A stretch of 64,000 bases of DNA from a bacterium (lineage in GTDB: Archaea; Thermoplasmatota; E2; JACPAO01; JAHFTW01), in contig JAZJZE010000005.1 of assembly GCA_040390065.1 (NCBI GenBank), positions 181,160 through 245,159 of the forward strand, in the 5' to 3' direction. This document shows positions 19,511-32,391 of the stretch, one piece after another. The notes under the pieces were generated by a model, which made no database searches, was not told the origin of the DNA, and worked only from the letters and a program-made list of their open reading frames with translations. Every line of letters begins with the position of its first letter. Within the stretch, counting starts at the first letter, position 1. The translations under genes and the position numbers were made by a program.

Positions 19511-20434
19511 ATGGAACAGACCGTGCCTGAAGCCGCGGACGCAATCCGCACCATGCGTGTGCGCGGCGCCGCTGCCATCGCGTGCCTTGGCGCCACGACG
19601 CTTGGGCACCACGTAGCCGGCTTGGCCGGGGGCCTGCCCGCCGTGCATGCGGGCGCCCGCCGCGCAGCCGGCATCCTGTTTGCGACGCGGCCGACCGCCG
19701 TGAGTCTGCGCAACGGCCTGGGCGCGGTCCTTGCACCGGTTCTTGCGGCGACGGACGCGGACGCGGCGCGGGCTGAGGCCCCGGTCGCGGCCAACGCGTT
19801 CGTTGCGGCCGTGGACGCTAGTGGGCAAGCCATCGCCGAACATGGCTCGAGCCTCCTCGCCGCGGGCGGGGCCGTCCTCACGCATTGCCACTCCACGACG
19901 GTCATCGACGTGCTGAGGCGGGCCCAGGCACGCGGTGCGGACCTGCACGTCTACGCGACCGAGACGCGCCCGTTTCGCCAGGGCCTCGTGACCGTTCGCG
20001 CCCTGCACGACGGCGGTGTGCCGTGCACGCTCATCGTCGACTCCGCGGTGTCGCACGTGCTCGAGACGAAGGCCATCCGGTGGGTCCTCGTCGGCGCGGA
20101 CACGGTCGCGGCGGACGGCACGCTGTTCAACAAGGTGGGGACGGCGGGGGTCTGCGCGCTGGCGCAGCGTCGCGGGGTGCCCGTCCACAGTGCAGCTGGA
20201 TTCTACAAGTTCACGCGCCAACCGCCCGGGGCAATCCCGATTGAGGAACGCGCCCCGTCGGAGGTCGTCCCGGATTCCGATGTCCCTCCTGGCGTGGCCG
20301 TCTTCAACCCCGTCTTTGACCGGACGGCACCCGGCCTGCTGACCTCGTACATCACGGAGGCCGGCCCACGCACTCCCGGCGAAGCCGTGCGGCAAGCGCT
20401 TGGCCGCCTCCCTGCATCGGAGGCACTCGCATGA
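19511..20434 (+). CDS. ribose-1,5-bisphosphate isomerase (eIF-2B-like fold)
   Basis: MRVRGA, TRPTAVSL, THCHS (catalytic Cys), ETRP..QG, VGAD (catalytic Asp), NKVGT, NPVFD; coupled to RuBisCO gene. Confidence 0.92.
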   Translation: MEQTVPEAADAIRTMRVRGAAAIACLGATTLGHHVAGLAGGLPAVHAGARRAAGILFATRPTAVSLRNGLGAVLAPVLAATDADAARAEAPVAANAFVAAVDASGQAIAEHGSSLLAAGGAVLTHCHSTTVIDVLRRAQARGADLHVYATETRPFRQGLVTVRALHDGGVPCTLIVDSAVSHVLETKAIRWVLVGADTVAADGTLFNKVGTAGVCALAQRRGVPVHSAAGFYKFTRQPPGAIPIEERAPSEVVPDSDVPPGVAVFNPVFDRTAPGLLTSYITEAGPRTPGEAVRQALGRLPASEALA

Positions 20435-21636
20435 AGGACGCCGTCATCGCGACGTACGAACTTGCCGGGGAATTCCCGCTGGAGGACTGCGCCCGCGTCG
20501 TCGCCATGGAGCAGTCGACCGGGACCTGGACGCCCTTGGCCGAGCGCCGCGCCTCCATCGAAGACCGCGTCTCGGCGTGGGTCGTGGACACCGACTCCGC
20601 CGCCGGTCTTGCACGCATCGCCTTCCCGTTGGAAATCTTCGAGACCGCCAACGTCCCCGGCGTCCTTTCCGTCATCGCCGGCAACCTGTTCGGTCTCGGT
20701 TCGTTGCGCCAGGCCCGCCTGACGGATGTCGAATTTCCCGCCGCCTTCTCACGCGCATACCCAGGTCCCGCCTTCGGCATCGCCGGCATCCGCAAGGCCG
20801 TGGGCACCGCCTCGTCCGGTCGACCGCACGGGGGCACCATCGTCAAGCCCAAAGTCGGCCTCGACCCCAAGCAGACGGCCGCCGTCGCCAAAGAAGCCGC
20901 CCTCGGCGGCCTGGACCTCATCAAGGACGACGAGACGCTGACCGACCAAGCGTTCTGCCCCCTCGACGAACGTGCGCGCCTCGTGCTCGAAGCCCTCGAC
21001 CAAGCGAAGTCGCAGACCGGCAAGGCCTGCCTGTACGCGGTCAACGTCACGGCGGGCGCCGATACGATCGCTGAGCGTTGGGACCGCATCAAGCCCTACG
21101 GGCCGAACTGCGCAATGGTCGACGTCCTCACCGCCGGCTACGACGCGCTGATGGCCCTGCGGCGCACCTGCAACGTCCCCATCCACGTCCACCGCGCGAT
21201 GCACGGCGCCATGACCCGCTCCGCCGACTTCGGCATCGACATGCGCGTCATCGGCCGCCTCGTGCGCCTCTGCGGCGGCGACCAATTGCACATCGGTTCC
21301 GCCACGGGCAAGATGGACCACCCGCGGGACCTTGCCGACCTCGTCGGCGCGCTCAAGGGACCCTGGACCAACCACAAGGCGGTCTTCCCCGTCTCGAGCG
21401 GCGGATTGCACCCGGCCCTCGTACCCGCCGAAGTCGCCGCCTTCGGCAGCGACGTCGTCCTGCAAGCCGGCGGCGGCATCCACGGCCACCCCGACGGCAC
21501 CCGCGCCGGAGCCAAAGCCCTCATGCAGGCCATCGAGGCCGTGCACGCAGGCCGTCCGCTCGACAAAGAGCGCGAACCCGAACTGCAAGCCGCCCTGCGG
21601 AGGTGGAAGGACGAATCCTATGGCTACGGCACCTGA
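20431..21636 (+). CDS. rbcL: RuBisCO large subunit, form III/III-like
   Basis: EQSTGTW, GNLFG, KPKVG, KDDE, HRAMH, HIGSATGKM, SSGG, GGGIHGHP: full carboxylase residue set; 401 aa. Confidence 0.93.
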   Translation: MKDAVIATYELAGEFPLEDCARVVAMEQSTGTWTPLAERRASIEDRVSAWVVDTDSAAGLARIAFPLEIFETANVPGVLSVIAGNLFGLGSLRQARLTDVEFPAAFSRAYPGPAFGIAGIRKAVGTASSGRPHGGTIVKPKVGLDPKQTAAVAKEAALGGLDLIKDDETLTDQAFCPLDERARLVLEALDQAKSQTGKACLYAVNVTAGADTIAERWDRIKPYGPNCAMVDVLTAGYDALMALRRTCNVPIHVHRAMHGAMTRSADFGIDMRVIGRLVRLCGGDQLHIGSATGKMDHPRDLADLVGALKGPWTNHKAVFPVSSGGLHPALVPAEVAAFGSDVVLQAGGGIHGHPDGTRAGAKALMQAIEAVHAGRPLDKEREPELQAALRRWKDESYGYGT

Positions 21637-23131
21637 AGAACCAAGCCTCTGGACCGTGCACGCCCTCGACATCCACGGCGGCGCCCCCGAAGCCTTCCTG
21701 CACGCCCGCGACGCCGACTTGCTCGGCCTGCACCCACTCGACCGCGTGCACATCTTCGCCAGCTCCCCGGGCCGCTCGGCAACCGCCATCGTAAGCATCG
21801 CGGGCGGATTTGCCCAACCAGGCCACGTCGGCGCTTCGGCTGAACTGTGGACCACCTTGCGCCTCGAACCCGGCCAACGCGTCCGCCTCGAGCCAGCCCC
21901 GCGCCCCAAGAGCGTGCACGCCATCCGCCGCAAACTCGACGGCGCGCGCCTCGACGCCGCCGACATCCAACTCATCATCCAAGACATCGGACGCGCCAGC
22001 CTCAGCCCCGTCGAGATCACAGCCTGGGCCTGCGCCGTCCAAGTCCACGGTATGGACCCCGACGAAACCGCCGCCTGCATCCAAGCCATGGTCGAAGGCG
22101 GCGACCGCATCCACTTCCGCAAAGGCCCCGTCCTCGACGTCCACTCCATCGGCGGCGTCCCAGGCAACAAATACGCCCCCATCACCGTCTCTATCGCTGC
22201 GGCAAACGGCGTCATCATCCCCAAGACCTCCAGCCGCGCCGTCAGCTCCGCCTGCGGCACCGCCGACTTCATGGAAGTCCTCACCCCCGTTGCACTCTCC
22301 GCCGGCCGAGTCCGCGACATCACGGAACGCATCGGCGCAACCCTGTGCTGGGGCGGCGCCGTCAACCTCGCCCCCGCCGACGACGCCATCATCCGCGTCG
22401 AATACCCACTCCTCCTCGACCCACCATCCCAGATCATCGCCTCCGTCCTCGCCAAGAAACTCGCCGTCGGCACCGCCAAAGTCCTCATCGACCTGCCCGC
22501 AGGACGCGGCGCCAAAGTCTCCAACGACGACGCCACCGCCCTCGCCCGCCAATTCACCGACGTCGGCCAACGCGTCGGCCTCGAAGTCCAATGCGTCATC
22601 ACCGACGGAAGCCAACCCATCGGACGAGCCATCGGCCCCACCCTCGAAGCCCGCGAAGCCCTACAAGTCCTCGAAGGCGCAACCCAACCCGTCGCACTCG
22701 TCGACAAAGCCTGCATGCTCGCCGGCCGCCTCCTCGAAATGGCCAACAAGACACCACCCGGAACAGGCACCGCCCTCGCCCGCACCACCCTAGCCAATGG
22801 CCAAGCCCTCAACAAGTTCCGCGAAATCATCACAGCGCAAGGCGGCAACGGCGCAATCACAGCCAACGAACTCCAAGCCGGCCCCTACACCGTCGAATAC
22901 CTCTCCCCAGCCACCGGCACAATCCTACGCATCGACAACAAAGACCTCTCACAAGTCGCCCGCATCGCCGGCTCACCCCACGACCACGGCGCCGGCCTCC
23001 TCCTCACCGCCCAAGTCAACGACCACGTCACCGAAGGCGAACCCCTCATGACCATCCACTCCGGCAACGCACGCCACCTCGCCGACGCATTAGTCACGGC
23101 GACACAAGAGAAGCCATTCACGATTGGATGA
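21620..23131 (+). CDS. AMP phosphorylase (thymidine phosphorylase family)
   Basis: N-terminal extra domain; DVHSIGGVPGNK, IPKTSSRAVSSACGTAD, DGSQPIGRAIGP, AGL…GEPL; overlaps rbcL stop. Confidence 0.93.
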   Translation: MATAPEEPSLWTVHALDIHGGAPEAFLHARDADLLGLHPLDRVHIFASSPGRSATAIVSIAGGFAQPGHVGASAELWTTLRLEPGQRVRLEPAPRPKSVHAIRRKLDGARLDAADIQLIIQDIGRASLSPVEITAWACAVQVHGMDPDETAACIQAMVEGGDRIHFRKGPVLDVHSIGGVPGNKYAPITVSIAAANGVIIPKTSSRAVSSACGTADFMEVLTPVALSAGRVRDITERIGATLCWGGAVNLAPADDAIIRVEYPLLLDPPSQIIASVLAKKLAVGTAKVLIDLPAGRGAKVSNDDATALARQFTDVGQRVGLEVQCVITDGSQPIGRAIGPTLEAREALQVLEGATQPVALVDKACMLAGRLLEMANKTPPGTGTALARTTLANGQALNKFREIITAQGGNGAITANELQAGPYTVEYLSPATGTILRIDNKDLSQVARIAGSPHDHGAGLLLTAQVNDHVTEGEPLMTIHSGNARHLADALVTATQEKPFTIG

Positions 23132-23351
23132 ACGCCGACGAGGAGTGGGGTGCGGGCGAAGGGGCAGGCTGGAATGGAGAATAGCGGGGAAACCCCATAC
23201 CGAACCAAATCTTAGCGGGTTTGGCGCCTTCTTTGGGCTATTCTTGGCTATGCGAGAGAGTAACGTGAGGCTTTCGGAACGACCCTGGCCGAGGGCCGCA
23301 ACCTGGGCATCCGACCGGCCGCGCGCACGACAATGGCGCCCGGCCCGCCAT

Positions 23352-23708
23352 TCATTGGACAAGAATGAGAAGGATGCCTGACGGGTCCCAGACGTGCAGG
23401 ACCCTCGAATCTCCCACGGCCTCGGGTGGCTGAATGCGGGCAGGGCCGAAATCGCCCTCCGCGAGGACCTGGCCGGCCTTCGTGTACCAGGCGTCGACGT
23501 CATGGACGCCCATCATTATCATGAAATTCTGGGCCCACTCCTTAACGTAGTAGTTCTGGAGACGGAACTGGTTGCCATCGAGCTCGAAGTCGCAGGTCTT
23601 GCCCCATCCCGGAGTCATGCGAAATCCGAGCGCCAGGTAGAACCGCTTGGACATTTCGAAGTCACGCGCAGGCACGTAGGCCTTGAGGTCCTTGATGGCT
23701 GGCCCCAC
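23352..23708 (-). CDS. VOC/glyoxalase family protein
   Basis: VPARDFEMSKRFY..LGF, VHDVDAWY, WDPSGIL. Confidence 0.82.
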   Translation of the reverse strand: MGPAIKDLKAYVPARDFEMSKRFYLALGFRMTPGWGKTCDFELDGNQFRLQNYYVKEWAQNFMIMMGVHDVDAWYTKAGQVLAEGDFGPARIQPPEAVGDSRVLHVWDPSGILLILVQ

Positions 23709-23874
23709 GGACGACCCGAGTCCCCGCTAACCGATGAGGATTTCCGCTACATGGATTGGCCGATTTTCTCCCCGCTACTCGCAAGCAGTGCTAAAGACGC
23801 GCAACTGGACTAATTACGCGCAATCCAACAGTGAAGGGTTCGTTCCGGTTCCAAAACGGCAGGGAGTCGCGGTC

Positions 23875-24246
23875 TCATCTCCGGGGGCCGCCAGCGGCTC
23901 CTCGTGAAACCTGCACGTCGTAGGCCAACACGAATTGGTTGCGCTGGTTGAAGGCCTCCAGGCTTGCAGAGTCATCAGGGTTGAATCCGTCCTCGATCAA
24001 CGGCGCCAGCTTCCTCAGAAATTCGGCTACCTTGGGATCTGTCCCAGCAAGCTCGACCAGCGACGTCGGCCGGCTACCGTCCGGGAATTCCAAGACGCGC
24101 ACCATGCGGCCATGGCCCAAGAACAGAGTATTGCGCGTAGCACCCATTCCAAGGGCGACCGCGCGACCGCCGTCCGCATTGTTGAGCAACCGCTCGAATT
24201 CTGCCTCAGACCCAAGCCGCGCCCTGAAAGAGAAGCATACAAGCAC
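23875..24246 (-). CDS. small ferredoxin-like-fold protein (possibly SchA/CurD-like)
   Basis: FRARLGSEAEFERLL…TLFLGHGRMVRVLEF; start uncertain. Confidence 0.5.
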   Translation of the reverse strand: MLVCFSFRARLGSEAEFERLLNNADGGRAVALGMGATRNTLFLGHGRMVRVLEFPDGSRPTSLVELAGTDPKVAEFLRKLAPLIEDGFNPDDSASLEAFNQRNQFVLAYDVQVSRGAAGGPRR

Positions 24247-24528
24247 AACCGGGCAAGGGCCTCCGCCGAGATAATTCCGCTGCCGCGGCCGCGGTTTGAA
24301 ACGCCGGGCGGCCAACACAGACGACCAGGTCCTGGGAATCGGCCACCGGGCCGTCGGACTAGAGGCTCTCGCGCTGAAGGCAGAGGCCGTTGCCGCCGGC
24401 CCTTCGGCGTCAGCATGGGGTCTGCTTGGAAAGCCTCGCCCTCCACCCGTCGCCTCGGGGTTCGGCATCGAAGCGGCCGCCGCAGCCTCGTCGCGTGGCC
24501 TTGATACGCCCGCCGTGCTTCCGCCAAC

Positions 24529-25458
24529 GTGAACCTCGACCCAGTCGATTGGCGCCTCGTCCGCGAACTCTATGGGTGGGAGTCCAGCTACCCCAAGGGG
24601 GCCGACCGGGTCTCCTTCGCCGAATTGGGCACAAAAGCCGGACTGCACCCAAAGTCGGTCAAGCAGCGCGTCAAGAAACTACGCGGCGCGGGCGTCATTG
24701 ACGGCCCATACTTCGAGCCGTGGCCGTCAGCACTTGGCCTGCACGCGTCGGCCTACGGCTTCGACTCAGGCACTCCACGCGATGCAGCCGCCCTTGAGCG
24801 CGGCCTAGCGAGCGTCCCCGAGGTGCAACTGTGCGTCTTCTCGCGCTCCATCACGTACGTCATCTTCTGGCACGATGGCAAAGATGCTGGACCCACGCTG
24901 CGGCGCATTGAGAAATCCGCCGGGCTTGCAAAGCCATGGAAATCGTTCTCGACCGCCGACTTCCCGTCCGCTCCGGCGGTCAACCGGTCGCCGCTGGATT
25001 GGCGAATCGCCTTGGCCCTACGCCGGACGCCGGCCCGTTCGCTGGCCGCCGTGGCGCGAGAACTGGGTGTCACAGTGCGAACCGTCGAGCGACGCGCCCG
25101 ACAACTCATCGAGACGCGGACGGGTGCGATGCAGATCCGTTTCCGGCCATCCAAGATTGAGGGCTCAATCTACGCGGCCATCGTCGTGCGGGACGGCGAC
25201 GACCGGGCGCCCGGCAGCCTGGCCGCCGCATTCCCCGACCGGGTCATCGGACCGTTTGGGGGGCCCGTGAGGCCAAACGTCGGCGTGCCGGTTGCCAACC
25301 TGGACGAAGCTGAGCGGCGCGCCAGCGAGGCCGAACTCCTACCGGGCATCAAGCGCGTCTCCATGTACCTCGTACGCGATTGGATCTACCCCGTCGCCTT
25401 CGATGAGTGGCTGGCCGAACGTGTCGCAAATTGGACGCACGGCGTGCACCAGCCCTAA
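24529..25458 (+). CDS. Lrp/AsnC-type regulator with two wHTH modules
   Basis: LDPVDWRLVREL…SVKQRVKKLR and SPLDWRIALAL…VARELGVTVRTVERR. Confidence 0.8.
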   Translation: MNLDPVDWRLVRELYGWESSYPKGADRVSFAELGTKAGLHPKSVKQRVKKLRGAGVIDGPYFEPWPSALGLHASAYGFDSGTPRDAAALERGLASVPEVQLCVFSRSITYVIFWHDGKDAGPTLRRIEKSAGLAKPWKSFSTADFPSAPAVNRSPLDWRIALALRRTPARSLAAVARELGVTVRTVERRARQLIETRTGAMQIRFRPSKIEGSIYAAIVVRDGDDRAPGSLAAAFPDRVIGPFGGPVRPNVGVPVANLDEAERRASEAELLPGIKRVSMYLVRDWIYPVAFDEWLAERVANWTHGVHQP

Positions 25459-25483
25459 GTCGCAAGGCCGGCCATGTGGGGAC

Positions 25484-26011
25484 ATGGACCGCCCCACCCT
25501 ACTCACCGGCCCCAAGACCTACGCCTTCGCCGGCGTCGCCGCCGCCACCGCCCTCTTCGCTACCACCTTCGCCCTGTTCATGGCCGCACCCAAGAGCCCA
25601 GCTCTCCCAATCGCGGGTGCCTTGGCTCATGTCGCCCTGTTCCCCGTCGTCGCCGCCCTACGCGCCCCCCGAGACGCCAAGGCGGCTGGGTACGGTTGGC
25701 TCACCGTAGACATCGTCGCAAACATCATGGCGCTCAACGGCGCCGACACCAACCTAACTTCCGCCATCCGTCTCGGAGGCCACGTCGCAGCCGCAATCTG
25801 GATCATCGGAGTGACCATGGAAACCCGGCGGCTGCCCTTGCTGGGCTACCCCTTGGCGGCGTGGTTGGGAATCTATTCCTTCATCGCGCCCTGGGTGCCC
25901 ACGACCGCCTTCTACCCGGCATTCATCCTGCTCTTGGCCTGGCTTGCAGGAATGAGCGTCCTGGTCGGCCGATTCGACGCAGCGCCACGATTGTCTAGGG
26001 CCACAGCCTAG
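25484..26011 (+). CDS. integral membrane protein
   Basis: About six hydrophobic helices. Confidence 0.7.
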   Translation: MDRPTLLTGPKTYAFAGVAAATALFATTFALFMAAPKSPALPIAGALAHVALFPVVAALRAPRDAKAAGYGWLTVDIVANIMALNGADTNLTSAIRLGGHVAAAIWIIGVTMETRRLPLLGYPLAAWLGIYSFIAPWVPTTAFYPAFILLLAWLAGMSVLVGRFDAAPRLSRATA

Positions 26012-26020
26012 GTGCGCCCG

Positions 26021-26503
26021 ATGACCCAGCCCTGGGCGGAGACCTCCCGCTGGTTGTTCGTCGCCATGGGCGCCGTGTGGCTCCTCATTGGGGCACTGAC
26101 TCCCGTGATGATGGGTTCGTCCAGCTACCGGAACTTGTTGTTCCTGTCCCCGCGGACCGACCGCGAACTCTACGGACAGGAACCCAGCGACGCCCTGCAA
26201 AACACGACGTTACGGGGCGTCCGCGACACCGTAGTCCTGGCATTGGCGGGAACGTTGGTGGCCGCGGGCCTGTTGGCCGTGGCCATGGCATGGTTCGGGT
26301 TGGGTGATGGGGCCGCGTGGGCGTTCTGGTCACTTGCCGCCGCCGGGGCGGTGGTTCTGCCTTACTGGATCATGGTTCTGCGGCCGTACTGGGGCGCCGG
26401 CGTATGGACCGGCTTGGGGGACTTGCCTCCCTTCATGTGGGTGACGACCTTGCTGTGGTTGGCCGCTACCACCACGGGCCTTATTGCGCGGGGCGGCGCC
26501 TGA
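26021..26503 (+). CDS. integral membrane protein
   Basis: About four hydrophobic helices; follows previous gene closely. Confidence 0.7.
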   Translation: MTQPWAETSRWLFVAMGAVWLLIGALTPVMMGSSSYRNLLFLSPRTDRELYGQEPSDALQNTTLRGVRDTVVLALAGTLVAAGLLAVAMAWFGLGDGAAWAFWSLAAAGAVVLPYWIMVLRPYWGAGVWTGLGDLPPFMWVTTLLWLAATTTGLIARGGA

Positions 26504-26567
26504 CGGCGGTCCAGGTTCGCCGAGCCGGCACACATGGATTGCGTCGCTGCAGTGCTCTGCAGTAGGG

Positions 26568-29332
<2,765 letters not shown>

Positions 29333-29335
29333 TGC

Positions 29336-30223
29336 ATGGCAGCACTCTTCGCACCTGTCTCGGAGAAGGACATCACGCGCGCCCTGGTGGGCGAATGGCA
29401 CCGCAAGTTCCAGGAGCACACGGAGTGCGACGTCGTCGTCGTCGGTGCTGGCCCTTCCGGCCTCATCGCAGCTACCGACCTGGCAAAGGCGGGCGCCAAG
29501 GTCATGGTCGTGGAGACGAACAACTACCTCGGTGGCGGCTTCTGGGTCGGGGGCTTCATGATGGCGCCCCTGACCATCCGGGCTCCCGCGCAAAAGGTGC
29601 TCGACGACCTCGGCTGCTCCTACAAGCAAGCCGACGGAGTCCCCGGCCTCTACCTATCCACCGGCCCCGAGGCCTGCAGCAAGGCCATCGCCGCCGCCTG
29701 CGACGCCGGAGTCTTCTTCCAGAACGTCACCAACCTCGAGGACATCGTCCTGCGCGATGGCCCCAACGGCAAACCCCGCGTGGCCGGCGCCGTCATCAAC
29801 TGGAGCCCTGTCGCCTCCCTTCCCAGGCAAATCACCTGCCTCGACCCCGTCGCGGTGGAATGCAAGATCCTCATTGATGCCACCGGCCACGACGCCGCCG
29901 CACTCGGCAAGCTGCGCGACATGGGCCTGGCCGAGATTCCCGGCCACGGCAGCATGTGGATCGAGAAATCCGAAGACCTCGTCGTCGAGAACACCGGTGT
30001 AGTCTACCCCGGCCTCATTGTCTGCGGCATGAGCGTTACCACGGCCTATGGCCTGCCCCGCATGGGCCCCACGTTCGGCGCCATGCTCCTCTCCGGCAAG
30101 AAGGCCGCCAAGGTCGCCCTCGAGGAACTCGCCCGCCAGGAATGGAAACCCAACAAGACGAACGGCAAGCCCATGGTTACCTCCAAGGCCAAGCCGTCCA
30201 AGACCGCCACGGTCCTCAACTGA
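29336..30223 (+). CDS. thi4: thiazole synthase Thi4 (Cys-type)
   Basis: VVVVGAGPSGL, LGGGFWVGG, INW, TCLDP, DATGHDA, PRMGPTFGAMLLSG. Confidence 0.95.
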   Translation: MAALFAPVSEKDITRALVGEWHRKFQEHTECDVVVVGAGPSGLIAATDLAKAGAKVMVVETNNYLGGGFWVGGFMMAPLTIRAPAQKVLDDLGCSYKQADGVPGLYLSTGPEACSKAIAAACDAGVFFQNVTNLEDIVLRDGPNGKPRVAGAVINWSPVASLPRQITCLDPVAVECKILIDATGHDAAALGKLRDMGLAEIPGHGSMWIEKSEDLVVENTGVVYPGLIVCGMSVTTAYGLPRMGPTFGAMLLSGKKAAKVALEELARQEWKPNKTNGKPMVTSKAKPSKTATVLN

Positions 30224-30231
30224 GGTGCTGC

Positions 30232-30504
30232 ATGGCCATCACCAGCTCGAAGCGGGGACGCACCGTCACGAAGCATTACGCATGGAACTGGGATGAGGTC
30301 CCGTCCGCCAAAGCGGCAGCGTGGTCGGAAGAATGGACATACGCCTCCGACGGTGCACTCCTCTCCCGCCGCCGCATCCAGCAAGGCAAGAAGCCGACCA
30401 CGCACACCATCAGTACGGACCCACGGGCCGGCGCCATCATGCGCGAGGATCTCGGACTCGCCCACCGTCACGGCACTCCCATGGCGGGGCCCCATCACCA
30501 CTGA
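30232..30504 (+). CDS. small hypothetical protein
   Basis: gaggtg RBS directly after the thi4 stop; 90 aa. Confidence 0.5.
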   Translation: MAITSSKRGRTVTKHYAWNWDEVPSAKAAAWSEEWTYASDGALLSRRRIQQGKKPTTHTISTDPRAGAIMREDLGLAHRHGTPMAGPHHH

Positions 30505-30551
30505 AGTTCCGATTATTCACGGCTTATAATGAGGGCCGCCGTGCGGCCATC

Positions 30552-31400
30552 GTGCCCCTACCCCCCTGCTTCCACCTGGCCGACGACATCTTCCCCAGAG
30601 TCCGGGCGGAGGCCGCTCGCCAACTCGTTGCAAAGGGCTGGAGCCAGATGCGGACCGCCAAGGCGATCGGCATCAGCCAAGGCCTCGTCTCGAAGCACGT
30701 GGCCGCCAAACCCCTCGCGGCGGAACCCCTCATCACGAGGCTCACAGCGGAGCTCCTGCTAGACCTGGAGGCCGGGACTCCGACCAGCGCATCGGCTTGG
30801 TGCACGACCCTCACAATCACCGACGCAACGCCGGGCGGCGACCAGGCTGTGGCGGACGTGCTGGCCGCCGAAGCGATGCTAAGCTCAGCCATGCCGCTAC
30901 GGCTCATGCCCCAGATTGGCCTGAACATCGCCCGGGCACTACCCGACTCCCAGACGCCACAGGACGTTCTTAGCTACCCCGGGCGCCTCGTCGATGCGGG
31001 CGGCAACCTCGTCGCACCAGCTCCGCCCGCCTTCGGCGCCTCCGGACACCTCGCGCGGTGCCTGCTCCACTTGCGAGGCAGGGACCCGTCGTTGATGGCC
31101 TTGGCCAACGTGCGTGGCGGAAGCGAGGCCATGCGTGCAGCCAAGAAACTTGGCTGGCGGGTCGTGGAGATTGCAGCCGACAGGCGCGGGGACGCGGAAG
31201 CTCCGTTCCGCCGGGCCGTGGATGGCGAGGCGAAGCCTCCCACGGTCCTGCACGATGGGAAGGCCATCGGCATCGAACCCTGCCTCTATGTGGCTGCTGT
31301 CGACGCAACGGCGCTTGCGCGGCTCGTCGTCCAGCTTGATGGTGCCGCCATGACAACCGCCGTCAAAGCGAACGCCAAAGGAATTGGCATCACCCGTTAA
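30552..31400 (+). CDS. thiR: HTH-ThiN thiamine regulator (ThiR-like)
   Basis: PPC…PRVRAEAARQL…SQMRTAKAIGISQGLVSKH HTH followed by a ThiN-like domain (MPQIGLNIA…PGR…FGASGHLA…GIEP). Confidence 0.82.
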   Translation: MPLPPCFHLADDIFPRVRAEAARQLVAKGWSQMRTAKAIGISQGLVSKHVAAKPLAAEPLITRLTAELLLDLEAGTPTSASAWCTTLTITDATPGGDQAVADVLAAEAMLSSAMPLRLMPQIGLNIARALPDSQTPQDVLSYPGRLVDAGGNLVAPAPPAFGASGHLARCLLHLRGRDPSLMALANVRGGSEAMRAAKKLGWRVVEIAADRRGDAEAPFRRAVDGEAKPPTVLHDGKAIGIEPCLYVAAVDATALARLVVQLDGAAMTTAVKANAKGIGITR

Positions 31401-31489
31401 CGGAACGGGGGGAACGCCCTTCGGGGCCGGATTCCAGCGACCCTTCCCATAGCGGCAAGAACCGGAGCTCGGCCACCCAAGAGCAAGAG

Positions 31490-31831
31490 GTGGCAGGACA
31501 GCAGATGCTGATTGACCGCATCCGGACGAACAAGGCCGACGCCCGCGGCGTCCTCTTGGAAGAGGAAATGCCAATCATGAAAACGATGCCAGCCGGCTTC
31601 GATCGCCTGCTCAAGGTCCGCACTGTGACCGCGGCGCCGACGAGCCTTGCCATGAGCGACGCCGGGGCCTTCCTCCAATTCAACGACATGTCCGGCCGCA
31701 TCGACTTCAACTACGCCCTCTGGGGAAACGGCCCCGGGTACATGGCGTGGTGCCGGCGTCTCTTCGAGCACGTCTGGGCAATCGCTCAGCCGGCGGAGTG
31801 TGCCGCGCGGCCGACGGCACAGGTTCGTTGA
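31490..31831 (+). pseudogene. probable C-terminal fragment of a DUF1724-type archaeal regulator
   Basis: Ends GRIDFNYALWG…AWCRRLFEHVW like DUF1724 C-termini, but has no N-terminal wHTH. Confidence 0.4.
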
Positions 31832-31904
31832 CACCACCTCGCCGGGTGCTGCTTCGTCCCAATAGGGGCGCGCGCCAACGCCCTGCGTCCGGCCCGGCGC
31901 CTTC

Positions 31905-32366
31905 TTGACGTACTGCCAGCCTACTCCGAGTGTGTCCGTCAAGGTCGAAGGTCTCGTGCGCGCTCCGCCGGCGAAAGTGAATGCCTACCTGGCCGACCTT
32001 TCCAACTGGCCGAAATGGCAGTCCGACATGCAGAGCGTAGAACTGGTCTCCGGCACACGGGGGAAGACCGGTGCCACGTATCACTACGTCGCGAAGGCCA
32101 TGGGCAAGTCGTTCGACTCGACGGTCAAGGTCGTCACGGCTGACGCAGGGCACGTCGCCTTCGAAGGCGAATGGCAAGGAGGGATGCGCCCACGTGGAAC
32201 CTTCACGACGTTTGCCGCAGAGGGCGGGACGCTTGTGACACTGAATCCCAACCCTGAATGCCGAGGGTTCATGAAACTCATGATGCCCCTGACCAACGGC
32301 ATGATTCGCAGAATCCAGAAGCGCCACCTCGACGCGCTGCGAAGGGAACTCGAAGCTCAGGCGTGA
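31905..32366 (+). CDS. SRPBCC/polyketide cyclase family protein
   Basis: VRAPPAKVNAYLADLSNWPKWQ…LDALRRELE; start uncertain. Confidence 0.8.
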   Translation: MTYCQPTPSVSVKVEGLVRAPPAKVNAYLADLSNWPKWQSDMQSVELVSGTRGKTGATYHYVAKAMGKSFDSTVKVVTADAGHVAFEGEWQGGMRPRGTFTTFAAEGGTLVTLNPNPECRGFMKLMMPLTNGMIRRIQKRHLDALRRELEAQA

Positions 32367-32391
32367 TGGGCATCTTTGCCTCCGATTTGCG

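Noticed and set aside
19478-20434. Translation factor eIF-2B or methylthioribose-1-phosphate isomerase
   Set aside because: THCHS and VGAD motifs plus the operon context favour R15P isomerase.
20431-21636. RuBisCO-like protein (form IV) or Calvin-cycle autotrophy
   Set aside because: Carboxylase residues are intact (not form IV), and the neighbours are AMP phosphorylase and R15P isomerase; no phosphoribulokinase in the window.
20749-22866. 705-aa minus-strand ORF and many similar long antisense or alternate-frame ORFs
   Set aside because: Shadow ORFs expected from high GC3; no motifs, and they lie opposite clearly identified genes.
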